Source of the DNA: Massalongia carnosa
Taxonomy: Eukaryota
Assembly (NCBI GenBank): GCA_965645245.1
Contig: OZ287067.1
Span: forward strand, 2,604,001-2,668,000
Direction: 5' to 3'
Length of the DNA stretch: 64,000 nt
The number at the start of each line of letters is the position of its first letter. Within the stretch, counting starts at the first letter, position 1. Of this stretch, positions 62,322 to 64,000 are shown piece after piece. Below the pieces are notes generated by a model. The model had not been told where the DNA came from, searched no databases, and saw only the letters and a program-made list of their open reading frames with translations. The position numbers were made by a program, and so were the translations under genes.

Positions 62322-63271
62322 TCATAACCCGTTGACGGCCGCGCTGGCAGGACGAGGCGGTAGGTTTGTGTAGTCATCGTCGAAATCTTCGATGGCTTCA
62401 GGATGCCTTTGTTCATCACCGTTGAGATAAGCAGCTGCAGGAACTCGACAAAAACAAAGAGGGAACAGCCTACCCCAGCAACCCTTTGATGTCCTTCATC
62501 TCATAATGTTTCTTCCGCATCTCCTCAAATTCCCGGTGGCGAACGATCCCGTCATGCTCGGCTCCCTCCCCCTCAGGTACAACAACGACCTGTTTCTCTC
62601 CCTTCACACTGACCGAGCGCACCACCCGCTCATCTTCATCCGGCATGTCTCCTGTCGGGATCTCGGGCTCTCCTAGATTCAACCCGGGGATCTCCGCATC
62701 GCGAGTCCGTGACCGCCCTCCGCAACGCTGCTGGTCCAGTTCGTCGACGAGCAATTCGTCGGCATCAAGCGTATGCATCTCCTCTTCGTCATCTTCGGGT
62801 TCATAGCGTTTCGCGTACGGCGTTTTGGGCTCATCGATTTTCATCGTGCTGCTTTTTTCCTGCTCGGTAAGGTACAGGTTGGCTTCGTCCCAGGTCAGTC
62901 GGTGATTATTTGGATCGTCTCCGGTGCCGTAGGGGGGGTTTGCGGAGAGCCGACGGGAGATGGAGGAGCGAGTGTTGGACGAGGTGCGCCGGTGGCCGGC
63001 ATTTTGGAGGGTGTTCTGCAGCGTTTGATCTTGACTTGTCGAAGCCCGGTGAAGGATTGGTGGAAACTGGGCGGGGGGGATGGGGAGGGCGGGTGGTTCG
63101 TCAGTTGTTGGGGCGGGTTGAGTGAGCGGGGATCGGTGGTAGGAGTTTTTGAGAATCCCTAGTGGTCTGTGAGCGGGTATTTACTATGGTGGGGGGGATA
63201 TTCTATAGAGTACCTTTGGGTCGCTTAGACATTTCGGATTGATTCGGCTTTGTGGAAGAGATGTGCGTCAT
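62322..63271 (-). CDS. GLC8: Protein phosphatase 1 inhibitor-2 (IPP-2/Glc8) family protein (3 exons)
   Basis: Motifs [27 protein letters not shown] and [11 protein letters not shown]; introns 63159-63213 and about 62407-62473. Confidence 0.88.
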
Positions 63272-64000
63272 TTGGAACTGAGTCGATAGATATGCTGAGA
63301 AACAGCTGCAAGATGGCTGATGGTACTTATAGTTTTATCAGGTTTATCAGGTGCTCTTTGAGAATAATCGCATGACCGCACTCAGGCTAACTTAGCTGAC
63401 TACAAGGGAAGACGGCCCCGAATGCCGGGAAAGCCCTTACGCTTTGCCCAATGCGGACTTTCCCGCACATTTTCAGAATCACCATGTGTCATGCAAGTCT
63501 CAGCCGTTCAGAGCGAGAACAGATAACAGATAAAATTTCAAGATAACTGGTTGTTAGAGTTCCAGTCTGTTATGTAGCGGCATGAAAACTCATAATCATA
63601 GGGCATCGTTGACGATCACGTTTGCTTCGTCTTTTTAAAGAAAAAGTGCTGATCCAGCAACACCCGCGGCCGAACTTGATCACCCCTAAGCAATCAGACC
63701 GCTTAGACCGCTTAGGTTCTGCTTTCATGTTCGTGCCTAGGCTCTGCATCCTGCAGCGGCCTCTTCTTCACCAGTCTTTTGCTTTGAGGCCGGGAGTTCC
63801 CTCCTTCGCCGTTGGCTATCCTATAAGCCCGTGACCCTTGCCATATTCTCCCTAGCCTGATATCAGCCGCTGGTGAATAGTCATCGTGTATGTCGGATAC
63901 ACCCCTCCGGCCGCTTTCGTAAGACGTCTTTCTTGTAGCGCCATCGTTGCCTTGACGCTCTTTTTTATTCCATGTATGAGCATTCTCTCGCGGTGTAGCG

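Noticed and set aside
63737..63999. Open minus-strand frame entering from the right edge
   Set aside because: About 85 codons without motifs; it cannot be supported as a gene end from this window.

Overview
Eukaryotic, intron-containing DNA from a filamentous ascomycete (Pezizomycotina; a lichen-forming lineage is possible but is only inference). The window is mostly housekeeping genes: YAR1, an MFS sugar porter, SPE2, nitronate monooxygenase, IMG1, POM34, HID1/ECM30, MRP7, LCL2, RAD9/crb2, SWA2 and GLC8. Accessory patches hold Cys-rich secreted proteins, PhoD and STAND-type pseudogenes, and a 7-exon basidiomycete-like sesquiterpene synthase. The standout is a 721-nt non-autonomous retroelement (52610-53330, minus strand). 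It has a perfect 14-bp target-site duplication, a 29-nt poly(A) tail, a structured LINE-like 3' end and internal 59-nt tandem repeats. Its very first nucleotide is G1 of a complete HDV-like self-cleaving ribozyme fold, so it looks like a ribozyme-headed SINE/SIDE-like element in a fungus. Also notable are an intron-split uORF and a structured leader on the SAM decarboxylase gene. All gene models and folds were derived by eye; no database searches were run.
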